64,000 nt of DNA from an uncultured virus (IMG/VR IMGVR_UViG_3300031998_000018) (taxonomy: Duplodnaviria; Heunggongvirae; Uroviricota; Caudoviricetes): IMG/VR virus record IMGVR_UViG_3300031998_000018. One strand, 5' to 3'. Below, piece after piece: positions 52,793 to 63,104 of the stretch. The notes below the pieces were generated by a model, which saw only the letters and a list, made by a program, of their open reading frames with translations, did not search any database and was not told the DNA's origin. Position numbers and translations under genes: made by a program. Positions within the stretch are counted from its first letter, which is position 1; each line of letters starts with the position of its first letter.

Positions 52793-54568
52793 TCAAAAAT
52801 CTAATGGATTATATTCTGTGATGTCATAATCATCAATGAAGATCTGCGGCGTTATATTACCCATCCAGTTATTGAGATTAGGACGCCCAACAACCTCCAA
52901 GATTACTGTTTTCTTATACTGCGCTAGCTCTTCAATGAGATCTTTTGCATGGAACTTCATATAGGCAACTCCATTACATTCGATCTTAAGCGTATCTTTA
53001 TTCGTGCCCATTACACGAATATCCGAAGGCGCTACCATAATATGCTTGACATGGATCATAGGTTCAGGATTTGACTGGCCCCAAATTCCGCCCATCTCAC
53101 TTAGATCAATAATTAAATCGCGTAGATCCTGCGCAGTAGATGATCTTTCGAAGTTGACATCATAACAATTCTCACCGAAATCAACATCTTTGAGTGCCTT
53201 ATTCGCATATTCATGGAAGGCGCGCAAATTACGATCGGGAATCGACACACCAAATGCATTAGCATGTCCTTGAGCATATTCAAAGTATCCACTCTCGGTC
53301 AAGAATGCTTTGAAGTCGCGTAAATCACTCTTATTTAAGCCGCGGGCGCTACCACGATCAAATCCTTCGGCGTTAAGTCTTGCTACAATAGTGGGCTTCT
53401 TATACTTTGCAGAGAGCTGCATAGCAATTAACCCGTTTAATTCTGAAGGGAACTTGTCATCATCTTCAAGCCGGACAAAGAGGATCTTGTTTTCAAGTAA
53501 GTCATACTTGAAGATCTTCGCTTCCAAACGGAGGACGGCATCGTCCTTCATCTTGTTCTGATGCGTCTTGGCATTCGTACACACACGTGCTGCCTCGATT
53601 CCGGCCGCGCAGAGAGTACCCTTCGCGCCGCGTTTGTTGCATGGCACCATTTGGGAGCCATCAATAAATGCCTAGAAGAGAAGATCCTTTTCCTCCATTG
53701 TGCCGACACGGATGAGCGCATTGACCATTGGGACGACATAGAAGGCAACGGAAATAGGATTAGTCTTAGCGAGAATATCCTGCCATGAAGGAGCCATTGT
53801 GCCAGTTATGGAGTAGGCCGCCTTCTCAAGTAGACAGCGGAAGAATTCATTCTTGATGTTGCGCAGACCTTGATAGATAATATATCTATTTTCTAAATCA
53901 ATAACCGAACCCATATCACCAATGATGCCCCAAGCCGCGAGGTCGAGATAATCATCTGCCCAATGCTGATTGAGCTTCTCATCGAGGAACCGGCAAAACT
54001 GATATACGACGCCAGCGCCCGTCAGTTCTTTATTCCGATATTTAGGGGACAACTGGTTATTGACGACTACTGCATTATCACTAAGTGCGACATCTGTTAA
54101 GTGATGGTCGAGGATCAGGCATGGAATATTAATACCATCTAGCATATCATGATAGTGAGCATCATTACTTGATGAGTCAGGTAGTATGATTAGATCATAA
54201 TGCACATCTTCATTCAGTAAGCGGTCGATATGATCCTGGAGGCCATGCTGTTTGCCCTCATGGAGCCAGTAATCAATCTGGCAATGACAGTTAACCTGCT
54301 TTGTATATTGATACATAATTGTTGCAGATGTAAATCCATCGCAGTCACTATCTACAATAATAAGGACTCTGGAATATGGAGGCTGATCATTCATCACAAT
54401 CCGGAGATACATCACGGCCGCCATCCCAATATTCTTCAAATCATGGGGAGACTGTACGAAATCAGCGCGCGGCTCCATGAATGCCTATACGTCGGCGACC
54501 CCGCGCGCCTTCAACAGATTTTCTGCGTAGTTGCTACGGAAGTTTTCATTTACTAAATTACATTTCAT
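52793..54568 (-). CDS. recJ: RecJ-like ssDNA exonuclease, DHH family (591 aa, 2 TAG=Gln)
   Basis: DSDCDG, ILDHH, GAGV, GSARG, GHANAFG; ORFs 53672 and 52793 joined by TAG; ATGA-coupled start. Confidence 0.9.
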
Positions 54569-54918
54569 ACCTCTTCCTCTTTCTTATAAAAATTGTTATA
54601 ATCAAACCATTTATCGCTAATTATATTTCCTATTTTCTTAATAGTGCTACCCCATCCGTCTACTTCTACACGAACATATTTTCCAACCATTTCATTAAAA
54701 CGGTCCACTCCAACTACATCCATAATACGCATTATTTCTTCAATGCCCTTCGGGGTGCCTTCAAAAGTTTTACTATCTAGATATCCATAACCTAAAACGT
54801 ATCCTCCAAAAACACATCCCCAACCTCGACCTTCAAGTACAAGTTCGAGTGTTAAAACTCCATGATCTGCCATAGACAAATCCGCTTTGGTAATTTTTGC
54901 ATTTTGAATTTCTTTCAT
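54565..54918 (-). CDS. Hypothetical protein (117 aa)
   Basis: Overlap-coupled ORF. Confidence 0.75.
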   Translation of the reverse strand: MKEIQNAKITKADLSMADHGVLTLELVLEGRGWGCVFGGYVLGYGYLDSKTFEGTPKGIEEIMRIMDVVGVDRFNEMVGKYVRVEVDGWGSTIKKIGNIISDKWFDYNNFYKKEEEV

Positions 54919-55955
54919 TGTACGAACACTCTACTTTCTATCAATTTATCGAAGATTTCTTTACCGCGATCGGAAGGCGAATCTTTCATATTTGTTAGCC
55001 CTGCTCTATCATATACAAATGAAAAAGTACAATACTGATTATATTTCGAACAAAGTTTATACAACTTATCAAAATATTTCGTCTCTCCAGGCAATTCTTC
55101 TCTATCAAAACAGATAATTATTTCTCTTGGAGAACACATTTTTAGTAATAAATTTAATTGATACTTATTAAACTGACTGCCGCAGACAGCCACTGTATTG
55201 TTGACGCCAAAGCTCGCGCATTGTAAGACAAACTTCTCTGCTTCTCCTACGTATACATATCCGGTTTTTTTAATTGTTTCTTTATTCTCAAATAACCCAT
55301 AAAGATTCATTCCCAAGGGATGACTGTAACATTTTCCTTCGATCCAGACAGGCGCATATTTTCCATATTGCTCAATATCGTTCTCATTAAGAGCGCGGCC
55401 ACGAATTCCCACGAGTGCCCCGTCCCGCGCCCCACGGTGAGGTATAATAATTTTATTTTGGGAGATGGAGAATAAGATGTTGAATCTGTCCATAGCTGAC
55501 TGAGAAATCCCGTCCGATAGCCATTCTGGCGGGTATTTCTTAATAAAGCATCCTAAAGCTCCTATGGGGTAGGAAGGAAGAACAATGTTTTTCCGATTGA
55601 CATAATTATTTCTTTGACTCCTATACTGTGGGACTACAATGCCTTCAGGTTGCTTTTCACCGACAATCACACGATAAATGTCGCTATACCAGTTATATTC
55701 AATTCCCTGAGCTTCGTAATAATGTTTGAGAAATGTGAAGATACTCAATGCGCCACATTCAGTGTAACACATAAAGATTTTATTATTTTTATAGAAATAT
55801 AATTTCTTTGATGCATCTTCTGATTTGTGGTTATGACAATATGTAGGCATTAATAAATAACTGCCTTTATCCTCATAAGGAATATCTAATTTCTCTAAAA
55901 TTGACTGGACATGTTCGATTGTTAGGTTATCAATAATTTCCTGATAATCAATCAT
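54915..55955 (-). CDS. dnaG: DNA primase (DnaG-like)
   Basis: Zn-binding CH...CYTEC, IIIPH...GIRGR, LYGL, GEAEK, CFD Toprim. Confidence 0.8.
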   Translation of the reverse strand: MIDYQEIIDNLTIEHVQSILEKLDIPYEDKGSYLLMPTYCHNHKSEDASKKLYFYKNNKIFMCYTECGALSIFTFLKHYYEAQGIEYNWYSDIYRVIVGEKQPEGIVVPQYRSQRNNYVNRKNIVLPSYPIGALGCFIKKYPPEWLSDGISQSAMDRFNILFSISQNKIIIPHRGARDGALVGIRGRALNENDIEQYGKYAPVWIEGKCYSHPLGMNLYGLFENKETIKKTGYVYVGEAEKFVLQCASFGVNNTVAVCGSQFNKYQLNLLLKMCSPREIIICFDREELPGETKYFDKLYKLCSKYNQYCTFSFVYDRAGLTNMKDSPSDRGKEIFDKLIESRVFVQ

Positions 55956-57523
55956 TCTTTATCCTTTCCATTAAGATAATCCAGATATAATTGTTCTTCT
56001 GCTTCTGTCTCCCAATCAATCGTGTACCCACTATCAAACATTCCTTCAATCAGATTGAACTGCGAGTCTGTTACAAATAAATCCGTCAATCTCAAATTAC
56101 CTGTATCAAAGTGACTCCACACTCTAACCTGTGTCCATCTACCCGATCTAACTTTGAAGACATCGAATACTATATTCGGCGCGATACCACCACAGGCAGG
56201 AATGATTGCATTACTTAAGAACTCTAATTCTTCTTTCGTCGGTCGGGCGCCAATAATTCCATTATCTGCTTTATTGATCGTTGAACGACCGCCCGCCAAT
56301 GTTGCTTCATTTCTTATTGTTGAGTTATCATCGACTTTCGCATTGACCTGAGTTGATGTGAACACACTTATACCTTGTTCAACCGCAAGATCTTTCAATG
56401 CTGTCGCCATTAATAACAATGCTTCATCATTACGAAGATTGCTGCCACGAAACTCCTCTAACAAATTCGGAGATACAAATACATAATCAAAGAACACATA
56501 TTGCGCGCCAGTTGTGATAACCTTCTCGCGCACTGCTAATTTGAGCTGTTCCACATCTGGATCTGGGATACGCATCAACTCAAAATTTTGCTTATAATGA
56601 TGGATCATCTCTTGTGCTTGACTAACACGATATCTTTCTTCTGTTGTGAGACGACCAAATCTCAAATTTGAGTCCTCAATTCCAGTTAGATACGCAACAA
56701 CCATACGAAGAATCTGCTCTGGAGTCTGCTCTGTCATAATAAACAACACAGGTTCATTATGTCCATTCTTTACCCATTTATCTTCTTTCAGATCATATCT
56801 AAATGGATAAGCTAACTTACATGCATCTGCCACTGCTAATCTCGTCTTACCTATACCTGATGCTAATGACCTAATTGTTAACGCACCTAACTCCGCGCCG
56901 TTAATAATTTCGGAGATAATCGTTCCATTGATTGATTTGCCTATATTATTAACCTTACCAAAGTTATTGATGATGTCATCAATCGTGTCAGCGGCCGACC
57001 ATGATTCTATATTATGATCCTGAACATAAGTTTTCTCTAAACTGAGAACCTTCTTTTTAATTACATTTAGAATATCCTCAACTTCCAGAGATTCGAACTT
57101 CGCATTAACATCAATTGCAGCAGGATTAGTAAGATTTTCAATATAAAATTCATCTGTATTTACTCCTTGCTTGCGCAGAGATGTTAAAAGATTAAACTTC
57201 TTTAATTTCTTATAATAATAAGGGAAACTTTTTTCATCACTTAGCGCGATTGCATCTTGAAGATACTCAATTCCATTTGTCTTAACAAATAGATTTTTCG
57301 CGCTTTCGTTTGTATTGAGATAATTCTCAATATCTATCGGGTTAATTAATGTTACACCGCTACGATAAAGACTATCTATTGCGATATAAATATATTTCTC
57401 AAATCGTGTTTCAAAATCATTCGGAGATAGTTGATACTTATCTGACTGACTTAAGAACTGCGGATGCTTCATTAATGAACCAAATATCTGCAATACCGCA
57501 TTCTTATCCGTCATCTGTATCAT
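55952..57523 (-). CDS. dnaB: Replicative DNA helicase (DnaB-like)
   Basis: SGIGKT Walker A, FFDY, STQVN, NKAD, KVRSG. Confidence 0.85.
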   Translation of the reverse strand: MIQMTDKNAVLQIFGSLMKHPQFLSQSDKYQLSPNDFETRFEKYIYIAIDSLYRSGVTLINPIDIENYLNTNESAKNLFVKTNGIEYLQDAIALSDEKSFPYYYKKLKKFNLLTSLRKQGVNTDEFYIENLTNPAAIDVNAKFESLEVEDILNVIKKKVLSLEKTYVQDHNIESWSAADTIDDIINNFGKVNNIGKSINGTIISEIINGAELGALTIRSLASGIGKTRLAVADACKLAYPFRYDLKEDKWVKNGHNEPVLFIMTEQTPEQILRMVVAYLTGIEDSNLRFGRLTTEERYRVSQAQEMIHHYKQNFELMRIPDPDVEQLKLAVREKVITTGAQYVFFDYVFVSPNLLEEFRGSNLRNDEALLLMATALKDLAVEQGISVFTSTQVNAKVDDNSTIRNEATLAGGRSTINKADNGIIGARPTKEELEFLSNAIIPACGGIAPNIVFDVFKVRSGRWTQVRVWSHFDTGNLRLTDLFVTDSQFNLIEGMFDSGYTIDWETEAEEQLYLDYLNGKDKE

Positions 57524-58064
57524 CTCCTATATCGTCTAAACTATACTTTATGCGTGATGTGTTACGACGATTAGTGTCTTTAATAGAGACAGTTGGACGA
57601 TTAAGCCGCGCCGTCATTTGCTTTACGATATCCTCTAATGTTCCCTTGCGTTTCATTTCCAGATTAGACCAGTACTGCGCACTCTCATTATAAATGTTGC
57701 TAACAATACCAATTCCTCCTTTTGCAAGTTCTGCATTACCATGTTGGACTTCATAAAAATAAATTACTGCAAAATATATACCTTTGGGAGTGTACTTTTT
57801 TGTTAGATAATTTCTCCATTGACTATGAACTTTTGCCCAATCAATTCCTGGCATCTTGAGATCGCGCCATAGATAATCTTTAAGAAGATCGAACCAGTCT
57901 TGCTCTTCACGATCTACTGTGATTGCACGATCACTCTTGCGCGCTATCCAATCTTTATAACAGCTTGGATGATAATACCAGTTTGTACTTGGCATCATCC
58001 AATCTTGAGAAGAGTCTATATCTATTGCTTGTTTGCATACTCGACAATGAACAATATGAGCCAT
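57504..58064 (-). CDS. Zn-finger protein upstream of helicase
   Basis: CRVC...HPSC; AAGGAG RBS. Confidence 0.7.
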   Translation of the reverse strand: MAHIVHCRVCKQAIDIDSSQDWMMPSTNWYYHPSCYKDWIARKSDRAITVDREEQDWFDLLKDYLWRDLKMPGIDWAKVHSQWRNYLTKKYTPKGIYFAVIYFYEVQHGNAELAKGGIGIVSNIYNESAQYWSNLEMKRKGTLEDIVKQMTARLNRPTVSIKDTNRRNTSRIKYSLDDIGDDTDDG

Positions 58065-58094
58065 AAATCTTCTCCTTTCTAATTTTCTATAAAT

Positions 58095-58123
58095 ATTATA
58101 TCATAATTTTGTAGAAAAATCAA
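58095..58123 (-). promoter_or_regulatory. sigmaA-type promoter
   Basis: TTGATT-17-TATAAT-N5-TAGAAAA. Confidence 0.75.
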
Positions 58124-58305
58124 TTTACTAAATATGTATCTTCCATTAAGTCTTTTATACTAAGGCAATCGCGCAATTTATAAGGCAAACGAACTAATGG
58201 GATATGATTATCTAAAGCATACTAATTCTTTATTTGATCATGCAAACCTAATTTAGATTCAGATACCACTATCTCATTATGACCGATTTCATTAATAACA
58301 CTCAT
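58120..58305 (-). pseudogene. Probable internally deleted endonuclease remnant (61 aa, 1 TAG)
   Basis: HDQIKN(Q)YALDNHIPLVRLPY resembles the C-terminus of DUF559/Vsr-like phage endonucleases; catalytic core absent. Confidence 0.5.
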
Positions 58306-58385
58306 AAAAATATCTCCTATTTGTTGATTCTATATAAGTAGAAAAACAAATAGGAGAATATAATATTTTCAGTTATAGCTACGGA

Positions 58386-59366
58386 TCATTTAGTTAAATC
58401 TTTCATATCTGTGACCACTAGGAACAAAAGGTCAACCTGATCTTCGGTAATTTCTGAGATTTTCATCGGATGTCCGAATATCATTTCTACTCTCTTCATT
58501 ATGCGCTTTGCCATCTCTTCATTGGGTTCTTCACCCGACATGACTAGCTTGTTCCATAATTCCTGAGCCTCGACGCGGAGTGCATTATAGTCTAACTGTT
58601 CTTCTGTAGGAGCTTCCGTTTTCTCTACAATGACTGCTCCATCGAGCTTTGCGCTTCGATCAATAGCATCGCCTATAGCATCTACAAGTTCCTGATATCC
58701 GAATTTAATCTTAGGCGCAAGATACTTATATCGGCTACCTGCGACGACTCTTGGAGTCTGTCTTGTGTAGAGGTATCTTTCGGAATTACCTTCGGCATCC
58801 CATTCGATCGCAATATAGCCGATTACGTCGACTAATCTGTTGCAGATCTCGTAGCAACGCTTATTCAGCGCCGGACTGTAGAACTCTACATCATTATCAT
58901 CTATTTTTTCTTTGCGGATCTCTTGGTGCGCAATCAGAATTAAACCATAACCAAGCATGGTTATTTTTCTGAGACAGGCCTCGAACTCGCCTTTTACCTG
59001 TGCATAGCCACCACCCCATGGGATGTCAGCAATTCTTTGCACACTATTCTGCGCACATACAAACTGTTCACACAGATCATAAGCGATACTTACTGTATCA
59101 ATAGTGACTGTATCGAACTTTTCCTTCGCGGCCGGCTGTTCAAGCTGGCGCAGAAGTAGTTTGAAATCAGACCACTTTTGAATAGGCTGGGCATAAATAC
59201 CATCAATGGCATTGTATCCCATTTCAAAAGCGCAAAGAAGGTTTTTCTTAAACTTGGCGGCGAAGGAGGTTTTACCCACCTTCGGCGCGCCATAAACTAG
59301 GACATACTTGCCTTTCAAATCACGAGAGATTGTAGTAGGCTGAAGATTGAGAATATCAATCGCCAT
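58386..59366 (-). CDS. AAA ATPase, Sak4-like ssDNA annealing protein
   Basis: YGAPKVGKT, VTIDT, LIAH, VDVIGY; next to SSB. Confidence 0.8.
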   Translation of the reverse strand: MAIDILNLQPTTISRDLKGKYVLVYGAPKVGKTSFAAKFKKNLLCAFEMGYNAIDGIYAQPIQKWSDFKLLLRQLEQPAAKEKFDTVTIDTVSIAYDLCEQFVCAQNSVQRIADIPWGGGYAQVKGEFEACLRKITMLGYGLILIAHQEIRKEKIDDNDVEFYSPALNKRCYEICNRLVDVIGYIAIEWDAEGNSERYLYTRQTPRVVAGSRYKYLAPKIKFGYQELVDAIGDAIDRSAKLDGAVIVEKTEAPTEEQLDYNALRVEAQELWNKLVMSGEEPNEEMAKRIMKRVEMIFGHPMKISEITEDQVDLLFLVVTDMKDLTK

Positions 59367-59383
59367 AGTTACACCTCTTTAGA

Positions 59384-60289
59384 TTAGAAACCGAAGTTGA
59401 ACTTACTTCCTGCAGCAGGTGCTGCTTTCGCTGTAGTTCCCTTCGAAGCGCCCTTCTCTTTCAGAGCGGCAAGGCGTTCCTTCCTTTCTGCAAGAGCAGC
59501 GGTTACATCGTTCGGATCAAGCGCGAACTCTCCATCGAGAGGACTTGAAGAACCTCCAGTCAGGATCAGCTCACTGACACTGATTGTGCGGACTTCCTCG
59601 GTAGGCTCACCAAAGTCGACTTCGACCTTGCGGACTTCCGATCTCGATGTGAAGTTGAGCTTACCAGTGGCCTTAACTGTGTCGCCTTCGTTCCAGTAGT
59701 TGGACACTCCGTCGATCACACCAGGATTGATGGCGAAGAACGGAACTACGTCGATCTTGCCGCCGTACTGAGGCACCATACCGATGATCTTGTACTTGTT
59801 GGTTTCGACACCGTCTTTATCGGTCTCATATCCCTTGTTGCCAACCATGAACACGATCGAGAAGGTCGCGCAAGGCTTGCATTCATCTTTCTTTACCTTA
59901 GAGATAAAGGAAGCAGTGATACGAGGGAAGGAGATCAGATTGCCGTTCTGACCATAGTACTCATTCATCTGGATCTGACCACGAGTGATACGGATGCGAT
60001 CCGCATGATCGATATCAGAAGCCGCGATACTGACATATTCCTTCATCACACGACTGATGGATTCATATGCAGGGTTTGGCGCGCCAGCATTGGTAAGCTT
60101 GCTTGCGAACATATGTACAGGGATCTCCAGGTCAGTGGAGACACCATTAATGTCCTGAGTTACACGGACTTTGATAGAGCCGCCAATGGACTCCATCGTA
60201 GTACCATTTTTATTAAAAGTTTTTGTCTGAAGATCTATTTCGCTGAGGATACCCTCTATCTTAACGATGTTTTCTTTTGTCTGTAGCAT
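59384..60289 (-). CDS. Single-stranded DNA-binding protein (OB-fold)
   Basis: Beta-rich, aromatic C-terminus (FNFGF), adjacent to Sak4-like ATPase. Confidence 0.6.
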   Translation of the reverse strand: MLQTKENIVKIEGILSEIDLQTKTFNKNGTTMESIGGSIKVRVTQDINGVSTDLEIPVHMFASKLTNAGAPNPAYESISRVMKEYVSIAASDIDHADRIRITRGQIQMNEYYGQNGNLISFPRITASFISKVKKDECKPCATFSIVFMVGNKGYETDKDGVETNKYKIIGMVPQYGGKIDVVPFFAINPGVIDGVSNYWNEGDTVKATGKLNFTSRSEVRKVEVDFGEPTEEVRTISVSELILTGGSSSPLDGEFALDPNDVTAALAERKERLAALKEKGASKGTTAKAAPAAGSKFNFGF

Positions 60290-60336
60290 GTTTATTCCTC
60301 TTAAGTTTGTGTTATATGTGTGTTTGTGTTTCGGGC

Positions 60337-60363
60337 AAAAGAGGGCGGAATTATACCGCCCTC
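60337..60363 (-). terminator. Rho-independent terminator
   Basis: GAGGGCGG...CCGCCCTC then TTTT. Confidence 0.7.
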
Positions 60364-60378
60364 ATATACATAGGGGGA

Positions 60379-60630
60379 TTATTCCTCGTCGGAAGGAACA
60401 AAAGCAGCGCCTTCGGGAGTAAGAACCGCGTAGGTGATATCCTTCGCATCTTCTCCGTCGCCAGCAACCTTCTCGCGGGTAACAAGACCTTTCTTGCTAA
60501 GGTCAGTAACGTTAGCGTTGATGGAGCGAGGGGCTCTGTCGAGAGCGTTGCAAAGTTCGTCGATGGTAACCTTGCCTCCGTTCTCCTTGATGTAATCAAA
60601 AACGACCTGGGACTTTTCGGTAAGTTTCAT
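60379..60630 (-). CDS. Winged-helix DNA-binding protein (83 aa)
   Basis: VTIDELCNALDRAPRSINANVTDLSKKGLV...LTPEG; AAGGAG RBS. Confidence 0.75.
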   Translation of the reverse strand: MKLTEKSQVVFDYIKENGGKVTIDELCNALDRAPRSINANVTDLSKKGLVTREKVAGDGEDAKDITYAVLTPEGAAFVPSDEE

Positions 60631-60702
60631 TGTGTTTCTCCTTGTGTTAAACATTGAATTGAATTTATTGAATAAAGGCGGTCACCTTTATTTTCTATAT
60701 AT

Positions 60703-60731
60703 ATTATATCAGAAATTTGTGATTAAGACAA
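60703..60731 (-). promoter_or_regulatory. sigmaA-type promoter
   Basis: TTGTCT-17-TATAAT-N5-TAGAAAA. Confidence 0.65.
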
Positions 60732-60749
60732 ATTTCACATGATCGAATT

Positions 60750-63101
60750 TCAATATTTTAAAATTCGAGTCACGTTATCTATGGCGTTAAGTTTCATAGA
60801 TTTATTACCTAATGCGCCTTTGCCAAAGATCGGAATATCATTAGTAGTAAGTTTGATGCAAGAACGAGTAGAAGCAATCAGAATATCAGAGTCGGTTGTG
60901 AGTGGCAGGAAGTCCGCCATCCAGTCACCTGCGTTCAGTTTCTGGAGTTTTGCGCCTTTAGTGTTCTTGCCTTGAGTTACGAACTCATTAGCGGCTGTTT
61001 TCTTGAAGAGACCAGCGCCGGATATTGAGGCGATGAATGTAGTGTCGGTGGGGATGATATGCGCAGCGACTACGTGGTCACCTTCGTTGAGTTTGATTGC
61101 GTGAACCCCTTGCGCGACACGACCTATCGCGCGAACATCGGAGGTTGTCACCATCAGGAAGTTGCCTGCTTCAGTAAGGATACCGATACGATCATCATTA
61201 GTGAAGAGGACATCAATGATTGAGTCACCTTCTGTTAGATTAATTGCGCGCAGACCGATGCTACGGTTTGTGTTATATTCAGAGATCTCTGACTTCTTCA
61301 TAATGCCGTTCTTCGTGATAAAGATAATGTATTTCTCTGCCGGCTTCTTGGAGTTGGCAGTCATCGCGCAGACTGTCTCCCATTCTTTGAGTGGAAAGTA
61401 GTTAAAGAGTGAGGACTTTTCACCAAGCGGTAAAGAGTGGGCCGCGCAGTGGTAGACGTTTCCGGCGGAAGTGAAGAAGAGAAGCTCTTCATTGGACTCA
61501 ACTGAACGGGAGTCAATTACATACTCTTTTGCATCAAGTTTGAGTTTGTTGCCTACGCCGCCACGCTTCTGGGTGTAGAGGGTAGAGGTTTCGGTAACAA
61601 TGACACTATTCTGATTGGTGAGGTTGATTTGGAGACGTTTAATCTCAATTGGTTCCTCAGACTCTGCAGTCAAATTGAGGATCTTTGTGCGGCGAGCATC
61701 ACCATATTTATTTGCAACAGAGCGCCAGCCCTCTTTGAGCTCGTTATTGAACAATTCTTCACTATCAAGAATTGTATGAATTCTGACAGCTTCTTTTTCG
61801 AGGTCAGCTTTTTCATTTTCGAGTTTCTTAACTTCGAGGTGTGCTAAACGACTTAGCTTCATATCAAGCACAGCCTTAGCCTGGTCTTCATCAAGCAGGA
61901 ACTTGGATTGAAGTGCCGTACTGGCAGCAGCAGTCGACGTACTTGCTTTAATTGTCTGCACGACTTCTTCAATAGAGGCCATACAGATTAACAGACCATC
62001 TATAATGTGAATACGCTTCTCAATCTTACGGAGATCAAACTCAAAGCCTCTGTAATAAACCTTTTTTTCGTGCGCGATATGAGCTTCGAGCATTTCTTTC
62101 CAAGTGAAGACTTTCGGATAACGCCCTTGATCGAGCATTGTGAAGTTGATACCATAGTAATATTGAAGCGAAGTATTCTTATATAAGTGCTTTAATACCT
62201 TATCAGGATTCGCTTTTTTGGTGAGATAAATTTTGATTAAAGGCGATGAACCCGTGAGGTCATTGAAGCGTTCAACACCGGGGTTATCTTCGCTTTCGAT
62301 AATCTCCTCAAGTTCGGCGCAGATTGTATTGGTATAGACGCTATATGGGATTTCAGTAACTACAAAACAGCGCTCTTTGCTGTCGAAATCGACAACACTC
62401 CTCAACTTGCAAGCAAAGCCCTGCCCATTCTTCATTGATTGCTTGACTTCATCTTCATTGTATAACACTGCGCCCGTCGCGAAGTCTGGCGCGCAATAGA
62501 TGTCCTCAAATGAACAGTCAGGATGGTCAATAAGATAAATCAGCGCATTATTCAGTTCTTTGATGTTATATTGAGGAATGGAACACGCCATGCCGATACC
62601 GATACCAGTTGAACCATTCACGATATTGTAGAAGCCTTTTGAGGGAAGAACAGATGGATACTGTTCAGTTTCGGAGTAGTTATCGCGCCATTCCACAATG
62701 GTATCTTTATCTATATCCTCAAAGAGGTTAGCAGATATCTTAGAGAGGCGAGCCTCCGTGTAACGAGGCGCCGCCCAGTTGCCTGATGCAATGAGAGTAC
62801 CGCCATTGCCCTTGATAGTAACGAGTGGATACCGCATAGCAAATGGCTGACCCGCGCGCATTATAATTCCTTCACAAGAGGAGTCACCATGGATGTAGAA
62901 GTGCTTAAGAGCTTCACCGATAGAGGCCATGGTCTTCTGATATGGCTTGTCGGCAGTATACTTATACTTATCCATGCAGTAAAGTATCTGTCTCGCAGAT
63001 GGTTTCAATCCATCACGCACATCAACGAGCGCGCGCGATTGTAAGACACTCCCTGCATATTGAGTCATTGCTTCACTGATTACATTTTTAAGGTTGCTCA
63101 T
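60750..63101 (-). CDS. gyrA: DNA gyrase subunit A
   Basis: DVRDGLKP, HGDSS, catalytic AAPRYTE, GyrA-box-like QKRGGVG, beta-pinwheel repeats. Confidence 0.9.
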   Translation of the reverse strand: MSNLKNVISEAMTQYAGSVLQSRALVDVRDGLKPSARQILYCMDKYKYTADKPYQKTMASIGEALKHFYIHGDSSCEGIIMRAGQPFAMRYPLVTIKGNGGTLIASGNWAAPRYTEARLSKISANLFEDIDKDTIVEWRDNYSETEQYPSVLPSKGFYNIVNGSTGIGIGMACSIPQYNIKELNNALIYLIDHPDCSFEDIYCAPDFATGAVLYNEDEVKQSMKNGQGFACKLRSVVDFDSKERCFVVTEIPYSVYTNTICAELEEIIESEDNPGVERFNDLTGSSPLIKIYLTKKANPDKVLKHLYKNTSLQYYYGINFTMLDQGRYPKVFTWKEMLEAHIAHEKKVYYRGFEFDLRKIEKRIHIIDGLLICMASIEEVVQTIKASTSTAAASTALQSKFLLDEDQAKAVLDMKLSRLAHLEVKKLENEKADLEKEAVRIHTILDSEELFNNELKEGWRSVANKYGDARRTKILNLTAESEEPIEIKRLQINLTNQNSVIVTETSTLYTQKRGGVGNKLKLDAKEYVIDSRSVESNEELLFFTSAGNVYHCAAHSLPLGEKSSLFNYFPLKEWETVCAMTANSKKPAEKYIIFITKNGIMKKSEISEYNTNRSIGLRAINLTEGDSIIDVLFTNDDRIGILTEAGNFLMVTTSDVRAIGRVAQGVHAIKLNEGDHVVAAHIIPTDTTFIASISGAGLFKKTAANEFVTQGKNTKGAKLQKLNAGDWMADFLPLTTDSDILIASTRSCIKLTTNDIPIFGKGALGNKSMKLNAIDNVTRILKY

Positions 63102-63104
63102 TTA

